DNA from: Eledone cirrhosa
Taxonomy: Eukaryota
Assembly (NCBI GenBank): GCA_964016885.1
Contig: OZ024742.1
Coordinates: 7,874,001 to 7,938,000 of the forward strand
Reading direction: 5' to 3'
Length of the DNA stretch: 64,000 nucleotides
Part shown: piece by piece, positions 43,330-56,733 of the stretch
Layout: each line of letters starts with the position of its first letter
Position numbering within the stretch: position 1 is the first letter of the stretch
Made by a program: the position numbers and the translations under genes
The notes under the pieces: generated by a model
What the model was told of the DNA's origin: nothing
What the model saw: the letters and a program-made list of their open reading frames with translations, nothing else
Database searches by the model: none

Positions 43330-45384
43330 TATAATGAGTTCATATATAAAGAACTCAGGAAAAATTATAAAAAATCTAATAATGCGTCACTCACCAACAT
43401 CAACAACAAAACACAAAACATAGTAAAAAAACTAAACATTGAAAATAGAACTGAACCGTTGGCATTGAAAAGACCACACTTCAACCTGAAGGATCATAAA
43501 TCAAACTTTAACTCAAATCCTCCTATAAGACTTATATGTCCCTTCAAATCTGATATTGGAATAATTAGCAAAAAAATTTTGGATAGAGTCATCCCACAAA
43601 TAAGAAAACACGTTAATTTACCACTCTGGGAAAACACTTCCCAGGTAATTAACTGGTTTAAAAATATTAGATGTAAATCTTCTGCTTCTTTTCTACAATT
43701 TGATATAGATAATTACAATTCTTCTATATCACCTATACTCCTGAACAATGCTTTGATATTTGCTAAAAATAGATCTAACTTAACTTTGGATGACATTAAT
43801 ATTATTACACATGCTAGACTAACACTTATTGAATTTCAGAATGAATACTGGACCAGAAACACATATAGTAATCTATTTGATATTACTATGGGTTCAAGCG
43901 ATTCCGCCCAAATTACTGATCTTGTGGGCCTCTTTCTCCTTTTCAACATAAATGCTTCCTTTCCCCACCTTAAAGGTGGTTTATATCGTGATGACTGTCT
44001 TCTTCTTTCCAACAACCTTAGCCTTTCAGAAATAGAAAAAAACAAAAAGCTTATTAGTACTTTCCTTAAAGACTATTATAGTCTTCATATTACTTTTGAA
44101 AACACAAGTAAAGTAGTTAATTTCCTAGATATAACTTTAGACTTAGCTACGGGTATCTACCAACCTTACCATAAACCCAACCAAAACTTACACTACATAC
44201 ACTCACAATCTAATCACCCTAAATCTATCCTTAAAAACCTTGCATATAATATATCACTTAGAATTTCTAACCTTTCGTCTAACCAAGATGTATTTGATAA
44301 AAATGATACCTTCTATAACGAAGCTCTAGATAGAAGTGGCCACAAAAATAGATTAGAATATATACCTTCTACTAAAAATACTATGAACATACAACCTAAT
44401 ATTACCAACAAATACCAAATGAAAAGTACACACCTAAATACCACCCACACTATACCCCAAAATACCAACAACTCCTCTAATATAAAGTATAGTAACTCTC
44501 AAAAAACTACTCATCATACAACTCTAATAAATGTTAATAATAAAACTCCTAATAAACAAGATAAAACACCTAAATCTATAAATCTAACTAAAAATGTGCG
44601 TGGTGAGATCATTAACATTAATCCCCCTAGTAAACATCACGATACAACCTATAAAAATAATAAACAACATAGAAACCCTAATAGACGAGTTACTTGGTAT
44701 AATGCTCCATTTAATTTACAAATTAAGGATAATATTGCTAAAAAATTTTTTTATATTCTAGAGAAAAACTTCCCGCCAAACCACAAATACCATCAAATCT
44801 TAAATAGGTCAACAGTTAAATTCTCATACTCAACAACCAAAAACATAAAACAAAATATAAGTGCCTATAATGCATATAAATGTAAGAATACCATAAGTAT
44901 ACCACCAATACATCAAACTAACCATAATATCTCCTCAAATACAGAATTAACGAAAGGTTGTAACTGTAGAAACAAAGCAAACTGCCCATTAAAAGGAAAT
45001 TGTCTTGTTAACAACCTAGTTTATAAATGTAATGTTAAAACTAAAGATTATATTTGCTCATATATAGGAGCTACTTCTAACAATGTTAAGGTAAGGTTTA
45101 ATACCCACAAACATAGTTTTAAAAATGCCGCACTAGCTAATACAACATCTCTAGCAGAAAAAATCAATAGTTATAAAAATAAGAATATAGAATATGATAT
45201 GACCTGGAGTGTGCTCAAAAGAGCCACCCCTTATCAAAATAATAGAAATGAATGTAGATTATGTTCCCAAGAACTATTTGAAATAATGAAATCTAAGGAT
45301 ATCCTATTAAATAAGCGACAGGAATTAATTATATCGTGTAATCATAAACTAAGAAAAACATTTAAATATTATAAACCTAATTAA
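43330..45384 (+). CDS. PLE RT + GIY-YIG (family B), N-terminally truncated
   Basis: Same motifs as 17561-19699; the frame is open upstream of the tracked start at 43459. Confidence 0.88.
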   Translation, partial: YNEFIYKELRKNYKKSNNASLTNINNKTQNIVKKLNIENRTEPLALKRPHFNLKDHKSNFNSNPPIRLICPFKSDIGIISKKILDRVIPQIRKHVNLPLWENTSQVINWFKNIRCKSSASFLQFDIDNYNSSISPILLNNALIFAKNRSNLTLDDINIITHARLTLIEFQNEYWTRNTYSNLFDITMGSSDSAQITDLVGLFLLFNINASFPHLKGGLYRDDCLLLSNNLSLSEIEKNKKLISTFLKDYYSLHITFENTSKVVNFLDITLDLATGIYQPYHKPNQNLHYIHSQSNHPKSILKNLAYNISLRISNLSSNQDVFDKNDTFYNEALDRSGHKNRLEYIPSTKNTMNIQPNITNKYQMKSTHLNTTHTIPQNTNNSSNIKYSNSQKTTHHTTLINVNNKTPNKQDKTPKSINLTKNVRGEIININPPSKHHDTTYKNNKQHRNPNRRVTWYNAPFNLQIKDNIAKKFFYILEKNFPPNHKYHQILNRSTVKFSYSTTKNIKQNISAYNAYKCKNTISIPPIHQTNHNISSNTELTKGCNCRNKANCPLKGNCLVNNLVYKCNVKTKDYICSYIGATSNNVKVRFNTHKHSFKNAALANTTSLAEKINSYKNKNIEYDMTWSVLKRATPYQNNRNECRLCSQELFEIMKSKDILLNKRQELIISCNHKLRKTFKYYKPN

Positions 45385-45837
45385 TAATATAATTTTAGAA
45401 ATTAATATATAATTTAATTTAAATGTTAGTTAACCTATAAATTTAATTTAATTAAAATTCTACTACAGTTGAGATTATAAAATATTGTGTAATCATAAAT
45501 TGTGAAAAACTTTTAAATATTATTAACATAATTAATATATACTTTGTAAATTAATTTATAGATTAATTTCAGTTTATTTAACCTTTTATTAAAATTCCTT
45601 TACAGATGAAATATAACAAAATAGCGTGTAATCAATGACAGAGAAATATTTTTTAATATTATAAACCTAATTAATGTACAATTTAGAAATATATTTATAA
45701 TTTAATTTAGTTAACCTAAAATTTTATTTTAATTAGCTTAAAATTAAAATTTTAATACAGATGGATTGCAGAATATCATGTAATCATAAACTGAGAAAAA
45801 TTTTAAATATATACCTAATTAATATATTCTTTACAAT

Positions 45838-45894
<57 letters not shown>

Positions 45895-46525
45895 ATTTTT
45901 TGTTAACCTATAATTATATTTTACTATAGATAAAATACAAAATCTGTTTTAATTATTATAAACCTAATTAACATATACTATAGAAATTAATATATAATTT
46001 TTAATTTAGTTAACCTATAATTTATATTCTACTACCGATGAAATACTTGATTTGGTTTTTTTCCCTATTACTAAATTCATTTCCTAATATTGATACCATA
46101 ATGTTAATATTTTTAATTTAGTTATGCTATAATTAATACTCTACTACTGTTTAACTTCAAAATTCCGCTTCAAAGATTATAAACCTAAGTAGTATACACC
46201 TTAGAAATCAATATATTAACTATTTTTAATTTAGTTAACCTATAGTTAATAGTCTACTTATATTAAAATGCATAATTTTGCTTTCTTTCTTACATTTCCT
46301 AATACTGAAACTACTATGTAAACACATATTATGTTCTAGATGCAATTTAATATTCTATGTTCCTTGAAACCTATATTTACTATAATCCACTACCCCCCCC
46401 CCCTATAATTATTTGTATTTGTAAGCGTGGATGTACGTATGTATATGTAGGTAGGTATGTATGTTTGGGTGCTTGTATGTGAGTATAAAAATACATATGT
46501 GCGCATGTAAATAAGGGTGTATGAT

Positions 46526-46588
<63 letters not shown>

Positions 46589-46724
46589 ATATATGTATAT
46601 ATGTATGTGTGTATGTGTATGTATATATATATGTCTATGTGTATGTGTGTGTGTGTATATATATGCGTATGTGTGCGTGTATATGTGAGTATATATATAT
46701 ATATATATTTGTAGTTGATGTGTG

Positions 46725-46755
<31 letters not shown>

Positions 46756-46827
46756 TTGTGTGCATAATTGTCTGACTGTGGGAATTTATTTATTTATTTA
46801 TTTATTTATTTATTTTATATATATGTA

Positions 46828-46924
<97 letters not shown>

Positions 46925-47078
46925 GTGTGTATGTATATCTCTTTATTTATGTATGTCTGAGTTGTGTGAGCGTGTAGTTGTATGTGTATATGCATACATG
47001 GATGTGTGTGTGTGTGTGTATATATGCGTATATGTATGTGTATGTGTGTGTATATATATGTGTATGTATGTATGTATG

Positions 47079-47109
<31 letters not shown>

Positions 47110-47158
47110 CTATATATATATAGATCTATGTATATGTGTGTGTGTATATGTGTGTGTG

Positions 47159-47199
<41 letters not shown>

Positions 47200-47226
47200 G
47201 TATGTATGTGTATATGTGTATGTACA

Positions 47227-47275
<49 letters not shown>

Positions 47276-49244
47276 TGTGAATATGTATATATATATATGT
47301 GTGTATGTATATGTGTCTATGTATTTATATGTGTATATGTATGTGTCTCTATATATATGTGTGTGTATATATATGTATATATATGTGTATATATATATAT
47401 ATATATGTGTGTATGTATATATGTATATATATATATATCGATGTGTATTTTATATTTTACTTGTTTATATATATATATTTTTTAATATTCTTCTTTTTAT
47501 TTCTAAATTTATAGATACATTTTTAAATAGGCAGTTTGTTTGACACCCGTAAACACTGACCCCCCCCCCACCTACTTTCTGTATCTGGATCTAAATATAT
47601 GTGGCAGTGCTTATGTGCGCGCCTTAATGTCCATATGCTTATGATAATAATATATACACATATATGTGTGTGTGTGTGGGGGGGGGGGGTATGTTCGTGG
47701 TTATGTGTATGTTTATGCGTATATGCGCGTGTGTGTGTGAATGTATGTTTATGTGTGTATATATGAATGTATTTATGTTTATATACGTGTATGTATTTTA
47801 TCTGTAGATTATAAACATACAGAGACATTAGCCCTGAATTTTTGTATTTACATACATTTTTTCGACATGCGTATGCATGTGAACATATATCTTTATGCAT
47901 ATCTGTGAACGAAGTTACTTACATATATACACACACCTAACTGTATTTTCTGGATATATTTTTGTGTATTTCATTGGTCAATTTGAACTCTGTTCCCAAA
48001 CAGACCTGTAATTTTGAATTGTTGTTATTATCAATAAATATATTTCAGTATTTCTGAAGACGGCATATGTATGTGTTGGTATGTATATTAAATTTGATAG
48101 TTTGTATAATTTTGTATAATTTTGTACATAGATCTGTTGAATGTGCATGCCAATTCTAACACATATATGTCCTAGAAACGATCGTTAAATAATGAACTTA
48201 TTTTGTTTAATATAAGGAACTGTTTCATTGTTTTATTCATTATTTTTTTTATATTTTCTCTTGACTCTGTATTCCGTTTATCTTTCACCGAAAGTGATTT
48301 TTGAATGCATCTCTTCTTTCCATGATATCCGGATTACATTGAGTTCTTCATACGGATTGGACACTACCGTAAACTCTTGGTAGATTTATCTACATATATA
48401 TTTATATATAATAAATAAATAACAAAGAACGCTTATAGCAAATGCATATCTTTACTTGCTAACATTGTTTCATCCACACTATAAGTGGGACTCATCAGAG
48501 CATAAAGGTTAATTACATACCATACAAGCAATAACAAATCCAAGACATTGAAGAATGAAAGGTAATAATAGACGATAGAGGATAAGAATAAAAAATAAAA
48601 ATAAAAGTAAAAATAAAAATAAAATATAAATAAGGGGTTTAATTTAATTTTTATTTATTTATTTCTTTATTTATTTATTTAATTACATTTAATTACATTT
48701 AATTATACATATAATTATAATTACACATTTGATTTTAATTTTAATTTAGTCTATGTTATTTGATTTTAGTTTACCTTATTTTATCTTATTTTACGATTAT
48801 ACTATATTATGTTCTATGTATATAATTTTTAATTTTTAATTGTATATTATTTTATCTCATTCCTTACCCTATATTTTATATTTTATATGTAAGTTTGTTA
48901 TGTATTTCTTTGTATTTCTTTTTATATATATTATAAGTCTGTTTTTTACCTATTTTTTACCTATTTTTTACCTACTCTTACCTAATCCCATTATCTTATC
49001 TACTCTTGTCTGTTCTCTTATCCATGTGTCTACTCTTGTCTGTTCTCTTATCCATGTGTATGCTTGTATGCAACTATATGTTGACAGCACACCGCCCAAC
49101 TGTGACAGATAGCACCCCTTATTTATATTTTATTTTTATTTTTACTTTTATTTTTATTTTTTATTCTTATCCTCTATCGTCTATTATTACCTTTCATTCT
49201 TCAATGTCTTGGATTTGTTATTGCTTGTATGGTATGTAATTAAC

Positions 49245-49302
49245 CTTTATGCTCTGATGAGTCCCACTTATAGTGTGGATGAAACAATGTTAGCAAGTAA
49301 AG
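49245..49302 (+). ncRNA. Type I HHR, family C. Copies at 54315-54372(+), 48450-48507(-), 33607-33664(+), 31910-31967(-)
   Basis: CTTTA-TGCT-CTGATGA-GTCC CACT tat AGTG T GGAT-GAAAC-aat-GTT-AGCA-AG-TAAAG. Confidence 0.85.
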
Positions 49303-49508
49303 ATATGCATATGCTATAAGCGTTCTTTATTATTTATTTATTATATTACGGCTCTGTCCTCAGACATTGAGCTAACCTCATACTGCCTGCTGGATAAGTG
49401 GAGTGTTATACACCCCTGATCCTTTCCCTAGCATACTATACGGCTCCCACTGGTTGAGCTTAAACTTTGATATACGCGGATTTGCGTCCTTGTATATTAT
49501 CAGGCAGT

Positions 49509-51999
49509 ATGCTAACAAAGACATACTTACCCATTTCCTTGAAGAATATTCCCACCCCCCCTAAAATCTCGTATGAGAAATCATTGATAACTAGCATAAA
49601 CTCATTCGTAAAACGTGTTCGGTGGCGTGCGTTCCACTTTGATAGGAGGTATGATAGCCCTGAGGAGAGGCGTAGTTTTAATAATTATGGATTTAAGACC
49701 TATAGGAGCCCCCCGCATAATAGCCTGTTGGATAACTTCGAAAGTGAGCTATTATCCCTTGTTAGGAATATTAGATATAAAAAATCTAGATGTACCAATA
49801 AATTTCAGAGTAAACTAAGTTCAATCGTTAGGGACTTTAGGGATAATAAATCCATTCTGGTCCCCTCTGACAAAACTAAAAACTTATATAGTATGGATTA
49901 TAAAACCTATCGAGGCTTCATTTATAATGAACTACATAGGAACTACAAAAAAACAACGCAGAGTAATTTAGATAATATTAATCTGGAGGGGTATAACATA
50001 GTGGTAAAATTAGGTCTGGATAAACACACTCAGCCTTATTACCCCAGGCAGCCTAGATTCACCCTCAAGGACCACAAGGAAGATTTTATTAGCAGACCCT
50101 CGGTTAGGCTTATCTGCCCCATCCAAGTCTGACCTGGGGATTATTAGTAAGGGAATCTTGGATAGCGTTATTCCCCTGGTTAGAGAAAAAACTTTCCTTG
50201 AGCTTTGGAGTAACACTAGTGAGGTCATTACATGGTTCTCTACTGATTGTGGTCGTGACTCACTAAAATTCATCCAATTTGATATTGATGCTTATTATAC
50301 ATCTATATCTCCTATTATCCTCAATAAGGCCCTCATCCTAGCCATGCGGAGGGGGGCAATTACTAGGCCACAGATAGATATTGTTCTCGCTGCACGTAAA
50401 ACCATTATCATGTTTGAGGATAATCTATGGACGAGAAAAAACACACCTGATAATTTTGACATCACTATGGGGTCGAGTGACTCTGCTCAAGTCACCGACT
50501 TGGTTGGACTATACCTCCTCAATGAACTGCATAGTAACTTCCCTTTCCTTAGGGGTGGGTTGTACCGAGATGACGCCCTACTCTCCATAGATACTAGTAA
50601 GTATAATATAGAGCGCATTAGGAAAAAGCTGCATAGCTTTTTTAAAACTTTTAACCTATCCATTACAATGGATGTAAATGATAGAACTGTGAACTTCCTA
50701 GATGTTACACTGGACTTGGATAACCATACGTACACACCGTACCATAAGCCCAATGAATTGCTGACTTACGTGAATACCTACTCCAACCACCCTAGGTCTG
50801 TCATCAGCGGTATACTGAAGGGCGTATCTAATAGAATAAGTTCACTCTCACATAGTGAGGAGGCGTTTGACTCGCAGGCTGATTACTATAACGACGCCTT
50901 AGCTAGATCCGGCTTTAGGGACAAATTGTATTACACCCAGGGAAATAATGGTCCTAATAGTAGCTCTACCAGTGTTGTTATAACACATAATATGTCCATT
51001 GGTAATCGAGGTGTCGCGAATGGGAGGGTTCTAAATGCCGGTGGAATGAAACAGCAGGGCACCATTAGTCTAAGTAATAACAATAGAGGTGTCGTGAACG
51101 GGAGGTTTCTAGATGCCGGTGGAATGAACCAGCATGGCACCATTAGTCTAAGTAATAGCAATGGTGGGCCTCGCAGCTCCCCGCATAGACTAGGTGAGCA
51201 TAGGAACCGTAGAAATAATAATGCTAATAATACTGGTGGAAATAGAAAGAATAAAAAGAATAGAAGAAGATTGAATACATACTTCAACCCCCCTTTTAAT
51301 TCTGAAGTGGCTACAAATATTCCTAGGGCCTTCTTCTCTGTGCTAGAACGGAACTTCCCTCCTGGTAATAGGTACCACTCTATCCTCAATAAGAATGTTG
51401 TTAAACTTTCATATTCTACAACCCAAAATCTAGCCTCTCATCTGGCCATTACTAATAATAAGAAAATAAAGGAAGGCCTGGACAACCTAAGCCTAGGGGA
51501 AAACACGGTAGTGGATAGAGTGGGCAGTAACACTGGTGGTGATCTTTCTGAGAATAGCATCACCAGAGGTTGTAACTGTAGAAGAGCTTCGGGCTGCCCC
51601 CTGAATGGTTTCTGCCTTGTTAGAAACATAGTTTATGCGTGTGATGTGGTAACTACGGCGTCCACTATGACCTATATAGGATCAACTTCCACTCCCTTTG
51701 AGACCAGGTTTAACTCTCATCAATGCACTTTTAGACATAATAAACTGAAGAACTCCACCTCCTTGGCAGCGTACGTCCATAATTTAAAAAATGCACGAAC
51801 ACCTTACACACTTACTTGGCGGCAGGTTGCTAAATCCCATCCATATACTCCTCATAGTAGAGTATGCAACCTGTGCCTTGCCGAATCCCACTCTATTATA
51901 TTTGCTAAATGCCCTCTACTAAATAGAAAGTCTGAAATTTTTTCCTCTTGCCCCCACCGAATATTAAGCTCTTTCTTCTACTTTAAACCTGTTAGCTAG
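49509..51999 (+). pseudogene. Full-length PLE RT/GIY-YIG ORF with a single +1 frameshift at ~50120
   Basis: ATG 49509 MLTKTYLPISLKNIP; ATC TGC CCC A TCC AAG TCT GAC breaks conserved RLICPSKSD; then QFDID, LYRDD, CNCR..CPLNGFC, VYAC..YIGST. Confidence 0.9.
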
Positions 52000-53604
52000 C
52001 ACGTCCTTATTCCTCCAGTTGGGCTGTCTTGTGTAACTGTCTCTGACTGAGTGTAACTGTCTCCTAATGTTGGTCGTCTATGTATACGAGTCTGTGAATG
52101 TATACGTATGCCTGTGGGAGGATATTGATCTTGATATTGGGGTGTGCAGGGGAGTGTATGTTAATAAGCACCCCTGTTTGGTACAGTGGATGTAACCCAT
52201 CCACGCTGGCCTATCCACCATTAGTGCATTGGTGGACCTATCCTGACGTATATCTTGTTGATCTGTACCTCTGTATGCGCATGAGTTGTGATGTAATGTA
52301 TTTATGTAAAGCGTGTACTGTGATTTAGGCTGCACTAGTAGAAATTTAGCCTGTAACTGTGGCGGACCCGTGCCATCCTGCCGTAAGCAGTGGATACGTT
52401 TCGCATATATGTGTTGCCCTCATATTCTGTGGTTCAAGATCTACAGGCTGACCTCTGGGAACTCTTACCCGGGGTTGTAGTCTTTCTAGCACGATCGGCC
52501 TTCCTTATATTGACGGTCGTTTTTATGATCCCGAAAGTAACGTTTTGGCCCCGATGGCCCTCCGTAGTTACTAACGGTCTGTGTACACTCGAATCGGTCA
52601 ATGGCACGTGCAGACATGAATATCTCCGTAGGATTTCAACTTTATTTTAATACATCTCATCGTATGTATTTGTTTTGAATATATTACCTGTGGTGGTGGG
52701 TCTGATCTAATGTGGTATTTCGGTGTTTAATATTTAATATTGTATTTAATTTCGTATTTAATATCGGCTTTGACCCGGGTGTCCTACGCTGTGTGTGTGT
52801 TCGTGTGTGCCCGTGTATACATTTATATGTGTATGGGTGTAGGTGGTTATATGTGTCTGTGTGTATATATAAAAATATATATATATATATATATATGTAT
52901 ACCGTCTCTGCATGTGCATGTGGTGTGTATACGTGCATATACGTACTGAACATATTGATGTGTACAATCTTGTGATGTCCCAATGCGGTGACTTAATGGC
53001 TCTTGAAGCTATCTTTTTATATTTTGTATGCGCTACAACTGTATCTGCTTGCTTTAACCTCACGCTTGCTAATGCATGTGAACTCTTCTACCTCCTTTGA
53101 TGCACCTCTCTGACCATTTGACTCCTGCCCGTGTTGAACCGGTTTGTGATTACCCCACTGCTCGAGTGATACTGGTGACTGTGACACTTAGCGCCTTCGT
53201 GGGCCCCTGATGTTTTCAAGAAATATAATTTAAATAAATTGGTGTGTGAACCGGTTTGTGATTACCCCACCGCTCAACTGTGTGAATGCACACCCATGAC
53301 TTTCGAGTGAACTTTCGAGACTGCCCAACCTGGGACGCCTCCATTGCCTTGCAATGGTCAAGTGATACTGGTGACTGTGACACTTAGTGCCTTCGTGGGC
53401 CCCTGATGTTTTCAAGAAATATATTTTGAAAAATTGGTCAAGTGATACACATAACTGTGACATTTAGTGCCTTCGTGGGCCCCTGATATATTCAAGAGAT
53501 ATATTCTAAAAAAAATATATATCTTATCTCAATTTACTTTATTTCATTTTATTTTATTTCATTTCATGCTATCTAATTTTATTTATTTACTTACTTGACT
53601 CCAT

Positions 53605-53651
<47 letters not shown>

Positions 53652-54542
53652 TATTTAAATTTAGATTTTAATATTAAAATTTTAAAATTTAAATTTTAAT
53701 TTTATTTATTTATTTAATTTTTATTTATTTATTTCTTTATTTATTTATTTAATTACATTTAATTACATTTAATTATACATATAATTATAATTACACATTT
53801 GATTTTAATTTTAATTTAGTCTATGTTATTTGATTTTAGTTTACCTTATTTTATCTTATTTTACGATTATACTATATTATGTTCTATGTATATAATTTTT
53901 AATTTTTAATTGTATATTATTTTATCTCATTCCTTACCCTATATTTTATATTTTATATGTAAGTTTGTTATGTATTTCTTTGTATTTCTTTTTATATATA
54001 TTATAAGTCTGTTTTTTACCTATTTTTTACCTATTTTTTACCTACTCTTACCTAATCCCATTATCTTATCTACTCTTGTCTGTTCTCTTATCCATGTGTC
54101 TACTCTTGTCTGTTCTCTTATCCATGTGTATGCTTGTATGTAACTATATGTTGACAGCACACCGCCCAACTGTGACAGATAGCACCCCTTATTTATATTT
54201 TATTTTTATTTTTACTTTTATTTTTATTTTTTATTCTTATCCTCTATCGTCTATTATTACCTTTCATTCTTCAATGTCTTGGATTTGTTATTGCTTGTAT
54301 GGTATGTAATTAACCTTTATGCTCTGATGAGTCCCACTTATAGTGTGGATGAAACAATGTTAGCAAGTAAAGATATGCATATGCTATAAGCGTTCTTTGT
54401 TATTTATTTATTATATTACGGCTCTGTCCTCAGACATTGAGCTAACCTCATACTGCCTGCTGGATAAGTGGAGTGTTATACACCCCTGATCCTTTCCCTA
54501 GCATACTATACATTTATATATATATTTATATATATATATATT

Positions 54543-54573
<31 letters not shown>

Positions 54574-55118
54574 TGCAGTCTCTCTCTCTGTTAGCCTCTT
54601 CCTCACCCTTCACTCACTCATTCTCTGTCACTACCTCTCCTCCTCCTCTTTCTTCCCGTTTGACCTGTGCGTAATTCTTTTCTCTCGCACGCTCGGCCAA
54701 GCTGGTCGGAATTTTTTCTCTCTCTCGTCTACGATTTCACAGAACTTATGTTTACCGAATTCGCAGACCAGACCCCTTCTTCTTCCCGTTAGACCTGTGC
54801 GAAATTCCTTCCTTGCTGACATTTCAACCAGGTTTGATGGTCTTTATTCTCTATTTCACGATTTCACCGAATTTAAATTCATAGAAATTTGGGACTTGTC
54901 TCCTTCTTCCTCACTTTCTGTTGCTTCACCATTTTGTTTGTTTACCCTCGCGTCCCCTTTATTTACGTGTCCCAACGACTTTTTTTAGCCGTTGCTTGCA
55001 CCAACCGGAGGTATATGGTCTTTAAAGCGATGAAATGCCTATGATGGTTGGAAGATCACTGATGAAGGACAAACTTTTTTCATATGTAACCCATTTGCAA
55101 CTCCGCAGCACCCTTATT

Positions 55119-55164
<46 letters not shown>

Positions 55165-55171
55165 TACATAT

Positions 55172-56673
55172 CTTTTACTCTTTTACCTGTTTCAGCCATC
55201 CGGCTGAGGCCATGCTGGGGCACCGCCCTTGTTGCTACACATTTTATCTCCAGCCTGTATAGGTTGGCCACTGGTGTAAGAGGGAGTTTGTTGCTGCTGC
55301 CTATAGGTTTCCCTCGTGTCTTGCTGTGGGCTCATCCGGGATCCTGGATAACAATGTGTCGAGATGTTTCTTAAAGACATCCACCTCCACGTCATGCAAG
55401 TCTCTCAGATCCCTCGACAGCCTGTTGAAGAGTTGAGGGCCCTTGAATCCCAGGCTATTGCAATACCTGCTCCTTATTCTAGATGTGGAAGACGGGACCT
55501 TTGGCACCACACAGTGACGTCCTGTTCGACGGTTGGTCCAGCTCTCAATGCCAAAGTTTGGTGCTAGTCCCTCCAGGATTTTCCACATGTTGATCACTGC
55601 GTATCTCTCCCGTGTTCGCTCCAAGGAGTAGAGGTTCAGTTCCTTTAGCCTCTCCCAGTAGCTTGTCTCCCTCATCTTGGCAATCCTCTTGGTGTAGCTT
55701 CGTTGGATTGCCTCAAGCTCCGTGGTTAGTCTGACACTATTGGGTGACCACACCTGGGAGCAGTAGTCCAGGCGGCTTATGACAAAAGTCCTCCACAGTG
55801 TCAACATGGTGTCTCGATCTCTTGTCCGGAAAGTCCGCAAGATCGACCCAGCGAGTCGTCTGCACATTGTTGCCACCTTCATGATGTGTGAAGAAAAAGA
55901 TGCATCATCGCTCATGTCTATGCCCAGGTCTCGTATCGATTTTGACACGGGGATATCGGTCCCTCCTGGTCCTGTGTAGCTGTGTTCCACTATATTTGTG
56001 TTTGCAGGTTTGTATTGTAGGGCTTGGAATTTGCCAGCATTAAACTGCATATTGTTTTCTCCCGCCCATTTGTATATGGCATCCAGATCCTTCTGTAAAA
56101 GGGCAGCGTCAGCCGGGTTTTTGATTGCCTGTGCTACCTTAGTGTCATCAGCATAGCTAGTGAGGGATGTTGTTGCATGCACCACAGAGGGCATGTCCGA
56201 GAGAGCCACCAAAAACAGTAGTGGTCCCAGGACTGTCCCCTGGGGCACCCCACTTGTTATTGGTGTTTCCCTCGAGAGGGCCCCATTTGATGCGACTGTC
56301 TGACTTCTGTCCCTTAGGAAGCCATGCAGCCACTCACCTACTTTTCCAGTTATGCCGAGTCCGTGTAGTTTGTGACATATCATTCCGTGGTCGACCTTGT
56401 CAAAGGCCTTCGCAAAGTCAAGATATATCACGTCCACATGTCAGCTGTCTAGTAGTTGTCTCAGTACCCAGACGTAGTCATATAGCAGCTGTGTCTGGCA
56501 GCTTCTTCCTGAGCGGAAGCCATGTTGCGTGCTAGTCAGGCGGTCATTATCCTCGAGGAAATTGATTAGTTTCTTTCTGACGACTCGCTCCATGACCTTA
56601 CTGATATGCGACGTCAGGGAGACTGGCCTATAGTTCTTGGCCTCCGCTCTACTACCTCCTTTATGGATAAGGC
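55172..56673 (-). mobile_element. 5'-truncated second copy of the CR1-clade LINE (RT C-terminal half)
   Basis: Highly similar to 2200-3700; ORF 55301-56437 with YLDFAKAFD, GVPQGTVLGP, YADD; same 3' tail. Confidence 0.93.
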
Positions 56674-56684
56674 ATATATATATA

Positions 56685-56733
<49 letters not shown>

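Larger units (their letters stand above)
42186..48392 (+). mobile_element. PLE family B copy 2: inverted pLTR 42186-43327 (interrupted by an RTE), body 43328-48392 with extended tail
   Basis: 42186-42659 plus 43278-43327 is the reverse complement of ~47735-48255; coding similarity begins at ~43328 (YNEFIYKELRK). Confidence 0.92.
48409..54508 (+). mobile_element. PLE family C, apparently complete: inverted pLTR piece 48409-48637, direct 5' pLTR ~48638-49440, ORF, 3' UTR and 3' pLTR ~53710-54508
   Basis: Two near-identical direct repeats offset by 5070 bp; ORF includes the N-terminal SLKNIP..RVRWRAF region. Confidence 0.93.

Noticed and set aside
50112-50130. Programmed ribosomal frameshift in the family C ORF
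   Set aside because: No slippery heptamer; homologous families B and F read RLICPSKSD/RLINPTKSD in a single frame, so it is a mutation or a sequencing error
55055-55082. CACTGATGAAGGAC as an HHR core
   Set aside because: No downstream GAAA or stem III could be found
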